From the NCBI GenBank assembly GCA_035266685.1, contig DATFMX010000018.1, positions 1 through 60,969 on the forward strand: DNA of 60,969 nucleotides. The letters are read 5' to 3'. This stretch comes from Solirubrobacterales bacterium. Lineage in GTDB: Bacteria; Actinomycetota; Thermoleophilia; Solirubrobacterales; 70-9. Numbering within the stretch: the stretch's first letter is position 1; each line of letters begins with the position of its first letter. Under the pieces are notes generated by a model, which was not told where the DNA came from, searched no databases, and saw only the letters and a program-made list of their open reading frames with translations. This document shows positions 1-7,241 of the stretch, in pieces. Position numbers and translations under genes: made by a program.

Positions 1-345
1 ACAGCAGGGCGGCTTGTCCGAGCGGCGCCGACCGACGGTTGCCAGACCGGGCAGCGCCTCGGCGAGGTCGACCGCGGGGTTGTGTTTGCGGTCATGCTTG
101 TCGAGAGCGAAGATCACGATGCGCTCTTCGTCGGGGAACGCCGTGAACATGCGCCACGCATAGGCGAGGTGGCGGCAGCAGAGCGGGTAGTTCTCCCCCT
201 CGGCGGCGGCCAGTCGGTAGCCGCCCGCCTTGCAGCCTTCGCCGCGCAACGCATCTCGCGTCGCCTCGTAGGACCGCTTCTCGCGAGTCGGCATCCTGCG
301 AAGCGCCGCCGTCACCTGCGGCGTCCGGAGGATCTCGTAGGGCAT
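1..345 (-). CDS. RelE/ParE-superfamily-like toxin; the 3' end runs off the window
   Basis: Absent from the ORF track because no stop lies in the window. The ATG at 345..343 overlaps the TGA of the upstream HTH gene (ATGA). Translation MPYEILRTPQVTAALRRMPTREKRSYEATRDALRGEGCKAGGYRLAAAEGENYPLCCRHLAYAWRMFTAFPDEERIVIFALDKHDRKHNP... has the size and layout of a small RelE/ParE-type toxin. The family call is from memory only. Confidence 0.45.
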   Translation of the reverse strand, partial: MPYEILRTPQVTAALRRMPTREKRSYEATRDALRGEGCKAGGYRLAAAEGENYPLCCRHLAYAWRMFTAFPDEERIVIFALDKHDRKHNPAVDLAEALPGLATVGRRRSDKPPCC

Positions 346-782
346 CAGGCGGGCTCGAGCTGGCCGCGCTTGAGCTGGGCGAGTCCTTTGCGCAGGTCAT
401 CGCTGCCCCGCGCCTCGCGGTCGTGCAGGTGATCGACAAGAGCCTGAAGCCAGTCACGGTCCTGGCCACGCTCGCGCAACTCGGCGAGCGCACGGTTGAT
501 CCGGTGCAGGCTCTCGGGCTCGATTTGGATCGGCCTCGCGTCCGGCACGGTCTCAAGGGCCCCCCGCTTGACCCAACTGCGAATCGTCGGCTCGGACACG
601 CCGAGTCGCTGGCTGGCGGCGGCGACGCTCACCCCGGGGGTGTGCCTGACCGAGATCAACACCTCTTGCGCCTCCCCGAGCGCGTCGAGCGCGGCATCGG
701 CATGACCGTTCTCGATCGCCTCACGCGCATCGACGAGCGTGTAGAGGGCCTCGGTGACGAGCTGTGCGTCGCGCTTTCCCAT
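345..782 (-). CDS. HTH DNA-binding protein (excisionase/MerR-type HTH), putative antitoxin
   Basis: 145-aa ORF. The helix-turn-helix segment VSVAAASQRLGVSEPTIRSWVKRGAL is present. It lies upstream of, and overlaps by 4 nt, the small toxin-like ORF, which is the antitoxin-first type II TA arrangement. Confidence 0.55.
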   Translation of the reverse strand: MGKRDAQLVTEALYTLVDAREAIENGHADAALDALGEAQEVLISVRHTPGVSVAAASQRLGVSEPTIRSWVKRGALETVPDARPIQIEPESLHRINRALAELRERGQDRDWLQALVDHLHDREARGSDDLRKGLAQLKRGQLEPA

Positions 783-866
783 GCCTGAAGCTTAGCTCAT
801 GCTTACGAGAAATGGCTCTATTACCGAAAGCTGCATCTCGCCGCGCCAGCCGCCTAACGGCCGTCG

Positions 867-940
867 TGCCGGCGGTTGGAAATGGCGTGCGAAATTGGGC
901 ACTTCTCCCCGGGAAGTGCCCGAATCGCCGCTAATCCCCG
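867..940. repeat. 74-bp direct repeat, copy A (about 92% identical to 3826..3899), with an internal hairpin
   Basis: Sequence TGCCGGCGGTTGGAAATGGCGTGCGAAATTGGGCACTTCTCCCCGGGAAGTGCCCGAATCGCCGCTAATCCCCG. By hand alignment 68 of 74 positions match copy B. It contains GGGCACTTC(897..905)/GAAGTGCCC(913..921). Confidence 0.85.
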
Positions 941-1199
941 CGTATCCCCGCACTTCGGGGGAAACTAGCGGAGCAGCCAGACTAGGAAAAAGCCCTGCAA
1001 ATCACGCTCTCAGCTAGCAGGCGTGCGATTCAGCTTTCGGAAATCGCACCCAGGAGGTCGCCGGTTGAGTCCGGCTAGCTCCACTGGAATGCGCCTGCAC
1101 GAAGGCGCTTTTTCGCTTGACGACCGGGCTGGCGGCGAGGAAGCTGCGGTGCTAGTCAACCGCAGGTCAACTTCCGGCCGGAGGGGCGCCAGGAGGAGA

Positions 1200-1640
1200 A
1201 GTCGCCCATGCCCCCAGACAAGCACCGGCGCCGCATCCGAGCTGCGCGCCGATGGACGCTCTGCGAAGAGCACAGCCAACGCGCTCGGGACGCTGCAGGG
1301 CATCCTTCGCTTCGCCCGGTGCCGGGGTTGGCTGCTCGTCATCACCGCCCTCTACAGCGGCCAGCGGGTCGCCGAGGTGCTCGGGCTGATCCGGGAGGGA
1401 CGTCGGCTTCGCCGCCGGTCTGATCCGGGTGCGCGCGCAGCCCTCCCGCGCCCACCACCGCGAGCCGGCTCGGAGGGTGGCGCCGAAGACGCCGGCCTCG
1501 GTGCGCGAGGTGCCGCTGGTCGAGCAGCTCTCACACCTGCTCGCCGCACACAAGCAGGCATCGCCCTTCGCGACGCCCGGCGACTGGATGAGGGGGTGCG
1601 GAACCGAGCCTGGGCTGCCGTTCCTCGCGCGAAGAAGCAG
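1200..1640 (+). pseudogene. Tyrosine recombinase (phage-type integrase) remnant, frameshifted and C-terminally truncated
   Basis: Frame of ORF 1023..1658 gives ...SAKSTANALGTLQGILRFARCRGWLLVITALYSGQRVAEVLGL. The match continues after a frame change near 1400 in the frame of ORF 1429.. as DVGFAAGLIRVRAQPSR...APKTPASVREVPLVEQLSHLLAAHKQASPFATPGDW. These are the core-binding and early catalytic motifs of integrases. The HxxR/Y catalytic end is absent. Confidence 0.6.
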
Positions 1641-1812
1641 TCAGGCCGATGCCCGTAGAGTGGCGTCTGTGATCTCGCTGGAGGCGATCCCGACCCCGCC
1701 GATCCCGCGCCTTCCCCTGGTGCCCGACCCGTTGCGGCGCATCCGGGTGCCCCGCGACCTCGGGGCGGTCAGCGCGCGCGCCGACGAGGTGGCCGATGTC
1801 GAGGCGTTGGGC

Positions 1813-2997
1813 ATGACGACAGCCGGCATCGAGCGGATCTGGGCCGGGGTGGAACGCCTGTACCGCAGCGGCTTCTATCCGGCGATCGCGCTCTGCGTGC
1901 GTCGCCACGGTCAGGTCGTGCTCGACCGGGCGATCGGTCATGCCTGCGGCAACGGGCCGTCCGACCGGGAGGACGCGACGCGCACGCCGGCCACCCCCGA
2001 GACGCCGTTCGTCATCTTCTCCGCATCAAAGGCGATGACTGCCGTCGTGGCCCACCTGCTCGACGAGCGCGGGTTGCTGCATGTGGACGACCGGGTGTGC
2101 GAGTACATCCCCGAGTACGCTGCCCACGGCAAGGAGGCGATCACCATCGGGCAGGTGCTCTCCCACCGTGCGGGGGTGCCGAACCTGCCGGCCGAGGCGT
2201 TCGATCTGGACCGCTTCAGTGACCGGGAGTTCCGGCTGGAGGCGTTGTGCGCGGCCGAACCCCGCTCGCGCCCCGGCAAGCTGCTCTCCTACCACGCGGT
2301 GTCGGGCGGCTTCATCATCGCTGAGATCGTCCAGCGGGTGACCGGCATGGACATTCGCACCGTGCTGGGGGAGGAGATCCTCGACCCACTCGGCTTTCGC
2401 TGGGGGAACTACGGCGTCAGCCCGAAGGATGTCGAGCGCGTCGGCGTGAGCTACCCCACCGGCCCGCCCGCACTGCCGCCGCTATCCACCGTGCTCGAGC
2501 GTGCGCTGGGCCTCGCGCCGGACGAGATCACCGTCCAATCCAACGACCCACGTTTCCTCACCGGCGTCGTTCCGTCCGGCAATGTCGTCACGACCGCCAA
2601 CGAGCTCTCGCGCTTCTTCGAGTTGTTGGCCGCCGGTGGCGAGCTCGACGGCGTGCGCATCCTCGAACCGCGCACGATCCGCCGCGCCATATCCGAGCGG
2701 GCGTTTCACGAGATCGACTTCTCCCTGGTGGCCCCCCTGCGCCACGCCAGTGGATTCATGCTGGGCGCCAGGGCGTTCAGCCTGTTCGGCCCCGATACCG
2801 AGGAGGCATTCGGCCACCTCGGCTTCACCAATGTGCTCGGCTGGGCCGACCCCGAGCGTGCGCTGTCGGTTGGCCTGATCACCAGCGGGAAGCCGATGCT
2901 TCACCCGGCTTTGGGGGACCTGTGGCTGTTCACGCGTGCGATCGGCCAGGAGGCGCCCAAGGTGGCGCGCCCGGGGATCTGGTTCACGGAAACCTGA
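1813..2997 (+). CDS. Serine hydrolase of the class C beta-lactamase / EstB esterase family
   Basis: The C-terminal 394 codons of ORF 1429..2997 carry the SxxK nucleophile motif (FSASKAM) in the segment LCVRRHGQVVLDRAIGHA...PFVIFSASKAMTAVVAHLL. The N-terminal 128 codons of that ORF are integrase remnant read in frame. The start is placed at the first in-frame ATG (1813) and could lie a little upstream. Confidence 0.75.
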   Translation: MTTAGIERIWAGVERLYRSGFYPAIALCVRRHGQVVLDRAIGHACGNGPSDREDATRTPATPETPFVIFSASKAMTAVVAHLLDERGLLHVDDRVCEYIPEYAAHGKEAITIGQVLSHRAGVPNLPAEAFDLDRFSDREFRLEALCAAEPRSRPGKLLSYHAVSGGFIIAEIVQRVTGMDIRTVLGEEILDPLGFRWGNYGVSPKDVERVGVSYPTGPPALPPLSTVLERALGLAPDEITVQSNDPRFLTGVVPSGNVVTTANELSRFFELLAAGGELDGVRILEPRTIRRAISERAFHEIDFSLVAPLRHASGFMLGARAFSLFGPDTEEAFGHLGFTNVLGWADPERALSVGLITSGKPMLHPALGDLWLFTRAIGQEAPKVARPGIWFTET

Positions 2998-3245
2998 AGC
3001 GCGGCCTCGGTTCGCTTGGCGGTATTTGCCACGCGGTCGTACACACGGACACCATGCAGACCCGGGCTCTCTCGCTCATCGCGCAACGGAGCAGCGTCTC
3101 CCCTGCGTCAAATGCTGATCGAATCTCGCCTCGATCAATGAACAAACTTTCCTACGCCCGTATGAACAAGAAATCCTTACGCTCCGCATCGTGAACTCTT
3201 CCGCGAGCGGTTTGTGCGACAGCCTCGCGTTAAAAGCGAAGGCAA

Positions 3246-3545
3246 TCAGTCGAGATCAAAGGTGGCCGCGATCGCTTCGCTGAGAGCCGGCTCTTGACTG
3301 TCGAGCAGGACGCCGATCTGCTCTCCCAGGGCATCCGTGGGAATGGTGGTGATGTTGTCGCAGCTGACGACCGAGGGCCCCGCCAGGCCGTTCGCGGCAT
3401 CGACCCCCACCTCGCTGGAGAGACCGCGGATGGTTGTGGTGATCGGCGCGACGGTCACCGTCCTGAGGTGCGGCCGGACGAGCTCACGCGTGAGGATCAA
3501 CACGGGCCGCGCCTTGTCGAGCTGCGCGACGTGGATCGCCCGCAT
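3246..3545 (-). CDS. mazF: MazF/PemK-family endoribonuclease toxin
   Basis: 99 aa. Sequence ...LDKARPVLILTRELV...VTVAPITTTIRGLSSEV...SVVSCDNITTIPTDAL is the PemK/MazF pattern. Its ATG overlaps the stop of the upstream RHH gene (ATGA at 3543..3547). Confidence 0.8.
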   Translation of the reverse strand: MRAIHVAQLDKARPVLILTRELVRPHLRTVTVAPITTTIRGLSSEVGVDAANGLAGPSVVSCDNITTIPTDALGEQIGVLLDSQEPALSEAIAATFDLD

Positions 3546-3778
3546 CAGGCCAGATCATGCGGCAGGCCCGCCGCGTGCTCGGCGAGCCCTGCGAGCTCTG
3601 GGTCCGGGCCGGTGCGGGCGAGGATCCGGGCATCGCGTTCGGCGAGCTCACGCCGGCGCTCGCGCTCGAGTGCCCGAGTCACGACAGCGGCCCGACTGCG
3701 CTCGGCGCCGGAGTCGACGATCCCGTCGACGAAGTCGACAAGGTCATCTGGAAGCCGCACTGCGATCTGCTTACTCAT
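3545..3778 (-). CDS. Ribbon-helix-helix (CopG/MazE-like) antitoxin
   Basis: MSKQIAVRLPDDLVDFVDGIVDSGAERSRAAVVTRALERE is a typical RHH N-terminus. The start is set at the internal ATG (3778); the ORF track starts at a GTG at 3805. Confidence 0.7.
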   Translation of the reverse strand: MSKQIAVRLPDDLVDFVDGIVDSGAERSRAAVVTRALERERRRELAERDARILARTGPDPELAGLAEHAAGLPHDLA

Positions 3779-3825
3779 CCCATAATGGTAGCAAAACGGT
3801 AGCACCAGCCTGCGGCCGGCCGAAC

Positions 3826-3899
3826 TGCCGGCGGTTGGAAACGCCGCGCGAAGTTGGGCACTTCTTGCCGGGAAGTGCCCGAATCGCCGCTAATCCCCG
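3826..3899. repeat. 74-bp direct repeat, copy B (partner of 867..940)
   Basis: Sequence TGCCGGCGGTTGGAAACGCCGCGCGAAGTTGGGCACTTCTTGCCGGGAAGTGCCCGAATCGCCGCTAATCCCCG, with hairpin arms 3856..3864 / 3872..3880. It sits between the vapC stop (3901) and the RHH antitoxin start. Confidence 0.85.
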
Positions 3900-3900
3900 G

Positions 3901-4293
3901 CTAGGGTCGAAGGTCCTTCACATCGCAGGGCAGACTCCCCGCCCGGTCGATGATCTCTGGGTCGCCGGTCAGGAGGACTGCGCCCTCGGAGGCGGCGAGC
4001 GCAACCGCGAAACAGTCCGCCAGCGCCATTGGGTGGGAGGCCTTTAGGTTCGCCGCCGCCCGCATCGCCGAGACACCGGGAAGATGCTCGGTGATCCGGG
4101 GGCGAAGTTCCTCAAGCATGCGGTCCGCCTCTTCCTTGCCGTGGTCCCGGCTCGTTCGATAGTGGACCTCGACCAGATTGATCCAACTCATCGTCGGGCG
4201 TTCCCGACGCAGAATCCCATCGACCAAGTCTGCCGCGGGCTCGTCTCCGTCGAGCCAGGACAGCACAGGCCACGAATCCAGGCAAAAGGGCAA
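3901..4293 (-). CDS. vapC: PIN-domain toxin VapC
   Basis: 130 aa. Acidic PIN residues are present in MPFCLDSWPV (D6), NLVEVHY (E), ALADCFAVALA (D) and LLTGDPEI (D). It lies immediately downstream of an AbrB-type antitoxin gene. Confidence 0.8.
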   Translation of the reverse strand: MPFCLDSWPVLSWLDGDEPAADLVDGILRRERPTMSWINLVEVHYRTSRDHGKEEADRMLEELRPRITEHLPGVSAMRAAANLKASHPMALADCFAVALAASEGAVLLTGDPEIIDRAGSLPCDVKDLRP

Positions 4294-4298
4294 GGGCG

Positions 4299-4514
4299 CT
4301 ACCGGGGCTCTTTGTCGCGATCTTCCAGTAGCCGCGCCGCCATGCCGCTACCAGCGAACCTTCCTCGCAGCGTCGAACGGGGAGTCGCGCGCCGTACAAC
4401 GATCCCATCGTCAATGGACTCGAAGGAAACGTCTGAGCCTGGTCCGAGCCCGGCGCGCTCACGGAGATCCTTGGGGATCACCACCTGGCCCTTAGCGCCG
4501 ATTCGTTGAGTCAT
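4299..4514 (-). CDS. vapB: AbrB/SpoVT/MazE-fold antitoxin VapB
   Basis: MTQRIGAKGQVVIPKDLRERAGLGPGSDVSFE is the swapped-hairpin AbrB motif. The start is set at internal ATG 4514, because the 49 upstream codons of ORF 4299..4661 look non-coding. Confidence 0.75.
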   Translation of the reverse strand: MTQRIGAKGQVVIPKDLRERAGLGPGSDVSFESIDDGIVVRRATPRSTLRGRFAGSGMAARLLEDRDKEPR

Positions 4515-4765
4515 ACGTCCCCAGTATACCTCACGGTGTCCCTGGTGCAGGGGGAAGCGTGGTTTTCCATTCGACTCGTAAGTCGTGCTCGCGTTGCTCA
4601 CCGCGTGTTGGTGATCGCGCTGGAAACGCTCAAGCGCGAGGGAATATCGGTGGGCGGGCACGCTGCAGCCGGCGAGCCGATGGGCTCGCTGCTCGACGGC
4701 CTACGCCAGTTCGACGCAAACGAGGTGGTGATGCTGAGCGGCGGCGAGACGGGCTGGGAGGCCGA

Positions 4766-5032
4766 TCAGGCGAGGGCCTTTACCTCGCGCCAGGTCAGCA
4801 GGCGACCGCTCTGGCGGTCGATCACCTTTAAGCGAATCGCCCGCAGGCCATCGGCCACGCCGAGCACTGGAACGTCATGGAAGATCGGGCTCTCGTCGTG
4901 GGCGCGCTGGAGGTGGTCGTTGGGGATCTTGGCGCTGAGATGGTGAACGTGATGGAGGCCGATGTTGCCGGTGAAGAACTGGAGGAACTTCGGAAGCTTC
5001 AGATAGGAGCTTCCCTCCGCCCCACCTAAACC
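4766..5032 (-). pseudogene. C-terminal fragment of a membrane fatty-acid desaturase (gene remnant)
   Basis: The minus frame reads ...SSYLKLPKFLQFFTGNIGLHHVHHLSAKIPNDHLQRAHDESPIFHDVPVLGVADGLRAIRLKVIDRQSGRLLTWREVKALA*. This contains the third histidine box (HHVHH) and tail of a desaturase. There is no start codon or N-terminal two thirds, and an in-frame TGA lies at 5033..5035. Confidence 0.6.
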
Positions 5033-5053
5033 TCAATCCACCGTGGATTGAGG
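5031..5053. repeat. Perfect 11-bp inverted repeat (CCTCAATCCAC c GTGGATTGAGG)
   Basis: Read directly from the sequence. It abuts the truncated 5' edge of the desaturase remnant and lies about 100 nt 3' of the 5152..6867 gene on the minus strand, so it could be a terminator or a breakpoint palindrome. Confidence 0.6.
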
Positions 5054-5151
5054 CTAAAGCGCGATGTCTGCCCCTGGTTTCCAGCTGAGGGCCAGCGCTA
5101 CCTGACCATGGTCGTCGCACGTAGACCGCGTCGGTCGTCCCGCCCAAGGCT

Positions 5152-6867
5152 TCACGGTTGCGCCTTGCACGGCTTCCATTCGGGCGTCTCGTTGATCGCG
5201 GTTTCGGTGCATTCGCGGCGTGGATTTTCCACCAACTGGGGTTCCGGTAGGAAGACCTGGTCGACCGCCCCGCTTTCGGCTTCGCGCCCCCTCCATTTGT
5301 GGCCACAGGGCAAAGGTTTCCTGTGTTCGCACTGGGGCGCGATTGGACCGGTCATGTAGGTCACTTTGGCGCCGGGGCGCAGGTGCGCTTTGACCTTCAT
5401 GTCGTAGGCAAGCTGGAAGCGACTCGGCAGCGCCAGCGCATCGCGTATTTTGACCATTGAATCGCCGTCGCGTTCGAACTTTTTGGCCGTCTTGCAGGAG
5501 GTCCACCATCGCCCGAGCAGCCCACTTCCCGCGGCGGCGTACCGGACCAGGCATTTCCACTTCTTATCGACCTTCGTGTGGACCTCGACCGAGCCGGCGC
5601 CGAACGCCTCGGCGACGGTCTTCGCTTCGTTCTCGTTCGATTCGCCCTTTACGGCTGGCTTCTTCTTCGCGCCGGTCGAGGCGCCCGCCTTGGCCTTTTT
5701 CTTCCCCTTTTCTTCCTTCGCTTCTCCTTCTTCCTTGGCGCCGATGTCGGTTTCGGGTTCCTTCGGCGGCTTTTCGGGCGTCACCCCGGCCCGTTCGCGG
5801 TTCGCGATCAGGCGTTCCAGCATCAACCTCTCGCGCAGCGCCGCGTCGGCCCGCGACTCGAGCGGTCCAACCGCATAGCTGGCGCCGTCGCGTGGAACTT
5901 CCAACATCGCCATCCGTGACTTTTGATCTGCCTCCGTCGCCACGTCCTGCGCGAAATAGATCGTCTTGTCGGTGGCGGCGACATAGACGCCGGTGAGGCC
6001 GGTGTCGCCGGCCCCGCGCACGATCGCCACCCCCTGCACGAACTTCTGCTGTTTCACGATCAAGATGCCGGTCGCCGCCGAGAAGACCAGTGAGGCGGTG
6101 AAGACCGCTAGGGCAAGGGGCCAGAAGCGGGTGTCGGTTCTGTACCCGACCGCGACACAGCCGCCGAGCAGCGCCGCCGCGAGGATGATCAACCCGAGCT
6201 TCCCCCAACAGGAGAGGTGGGTGCCAAGGATGACGTAGGCGGTCGCGCCGATCACCAGGCCAGCCAGGACCAGCAGCGTGATCCACCGGATCACTCCTTG
6301 GGGATCGGCGAAATAGACCAGCAGGACGGTGACCAACGCGATGGCGACGAAGATGATCGTCTCCTGCGCGCCGAGGGCGAGAGCCTCACCCTTCGGCTGC
6401 ACGCTGACCGCCTGGGTCGCCGGAATCCCGACCTCGTTGAAGCGGATCCAGATCACCGCAGCACCGACCACGACGATCGCCCCCGTGGCCGTAATCCCGG
6501 CCGCCGTCGCCCCGATCGCTTTCCACACCGCGGCGCCGATCCCGTCATCCCCGCCGCTCTTCTTTTCGTCCTTACCGGCGGGCTTGGCCTGCCCGCAGCG
6601 ACAACCGCTGGCGGGAACGCTGACCTCAGCATCGCGCCGGCCGACCTTGATCTTCAGGCGGCCCCTTGTCTTGCCCGCCTTCTCCTTCGCTTCCGCGGCG
6701 GTTTCTTCTTCCGCCTTTTTCTTGGCATCTGCGTCTTTCGTCGCCCTGGCAGCGTCCTTGTGCCGTCGCAGGAAAGCCGGTTCCTGAAACAACCACCTGG
6801 CCGGATGCTCGCGGCAGCCGCCCGGCTGCTCGTCCGACTTGCCTCCGCCTGACGCTCCGTCTCCCAT
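5152..6867 (-). CDS. Hypothetical polytopic membrane protein with Lys/Glu-rich linkers and a Cys-containing C-terminal domain
   Basis: 571 aa. About six hydrophobic helices fall between residues about 125 and 290 (AAVWKAIGATAAGITATGAIVVVGAAVIWI ... FWPLALAVFTASLVFSAATGILIV). Two K/E-rich tracts are present (KKKAEEETAAEAKEKAGK; AKEEGEAKEEKGKKKAKAGASTGAKKK). The C-terminal 150 aa contain 8 Cys. I recognise no family. Confidence 0.6.
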   Translation of the reverse strand: MGDGASGGGKSDEQPGGCREHPARWLFQEPAFLRRHKDAARATKDADAKKKAEEETAAEAKEKAGKTRGRLKIKVGRRDAEVSVPASGCRCGQAKPAGKDEKKSGGDDGIGAAVWKAIGATAAGITATGAIVVVGAAVIWIRFNEVGIPATQAVSVQPKGEALALGAQETIIFVAIALVTVLLVYFADPQGVIRWITLLVLAGLVIGATAYVILGTHLSCWGKLGLIILAAALLGGCVAVGYRTDTRFWPLALAVFTASLVFSAATGILIVKQQKFVQGVAIVRGAGDTGLTGVYVAATDKTIYFAQDVATEADQKSRMAMLEVPRDGASYAVGPLESRADAALRERLMLERLIANRERAGVTPEKPPKEPETDIGAKEEGEAKEEKGKKKAKAGASTGAKKKPAVKGESNENEAKTVAEAFGAGSVEVHTKVDKKWKCLVRYAAAGSGLLGRWWTSCKTAKKFERDGDSMVKIRDALALPSRFQLAYDMKVKAHLRPGAKVTYMTGPIAPQCEHRKPLPCGHKWRGREAESGAVDQVFLPEPQLVENPRRECTETAINETPEWKPCKAQP

Positions 6868-6996
6868 GAGCGATCAGCCTATACGCTGGCCATCGAGATG
6901 TCTCTACTTAAACCATCCCGCTAAGGATCGCGCCCCCAGATACGGCCCAGGGACGCTCCGCGGATTCGGCCAGGGGTGTACCCCCTGATTAGTCTT

Positions 6997-7036
6997 TCTG
7001 GGGGATATTCATGGTGCTTCCCACGTCTGGGGGATT
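6997..7036 (+). promoter_or_regulatory. Tandem TCTGGGGGAT boxes (29-nt spacing) in the leader of the GT2 synthase gene
   Basis: TCTGGGGGATA lies at 6997..7007 and TCTGGGGGATT at 7026..7036. They sit inside a block, TTAGTCTTTCTGGGGGATA-N18-TCTGGGGGATTGCGCTTCTCGAG, that is nearly identical to 9531..9590. Inverted copies lie at 6933..6940 and 7161..7171. Confidence 0.5.
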
Positions 7037-7149
7037 GCGCTTCTCGAGCAAATTCCTGACAGTGAGACTCAGGGACGGTTCAGGCGACTCGAAATGCCCG
7101 GCGTTGCTCTCCCCGGCGTTGCCGCTCCCAGATGAAGTTGCCTCCCAGG

Positions 7150-7180
7150 CCCCCTAGGTCTACCCCCCAGACCTAGGGGG
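7150..7180 (+). other. Strong hairpin (12-bp perfect stem, 7-nt loop) 62 nt upstream of the GT2 start
   Basis: CCCCCTAGGTCT (7150..7161), loop ACCCCCC, AGACCTAGGGGG (7169..7180). Read directly from the sequence. Confidence 0.7.
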
Positions 7181-7241
7181 CCACCCAAATGAGTGGCGAC
7201 AAAGGTGTAGGTCCCCGCTGTTTGGTCGATACATCTCTGAG

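Noticed and set aside
867-940. The 74-bp repeat as a tRNA or tmRNA 3' fragment, the usual att site of integrative elements.
   Set aside because: I could not fold a T-arm/acceptor pattern (GTTCRANYC) from it, and I recognised no tRNA gene anywhere in the window.
1429-1812. The N-terminal extension of the serine-hydrolase ORF 1429..2997.
   Set aside because: It translates as the middle of a tyrosine integrase (PKTPASVREVPL...), so it is a pseudogene remnant read in frame, not part of the hydrolase.
4506-4946. A 146-aa plus-strand ORF. Its middle segment (GISVGGHAAAGEPMGSLLDGLRQFDANEVVMLSGGETGW) vaguely resembles the C-terminus of a conserved actinobacterial protein.
   Set aside because: It has no credible start or N-terminal domain, and its 3' half is antisense to the clear desaturase remnant. 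At best it is another gene fragment.
6990-7072. Identification of the conserved G5-box leader as a known riboswitch (for example c-di-GMP) or as a CsoR/RcnR-type G-tract operator.
   Set aside because: I could not match it from memory to GEMM or other riboswitch consensus sequences. The flanks are not the AT-rich inverted repeats of CsoR/RcnR sites, and no such regulator is encoded nearby.
7011-7241. Programmed TAG readthrough giving the GT2 synthase a 77-aa N-terminal extension. ATG 7011 is in the GT2 frame, and the only stop is TAG 7155, which lies in the arm of a strong hairpin.
   Set aside because: The would-be extension (..VYPPDLGGHPNEWRQRCRSPLFGRYISE..) does not look protein-like. One open frame over 230 nt at this GC content is not surprising. 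It is kept only as an alternative under the leader finding.
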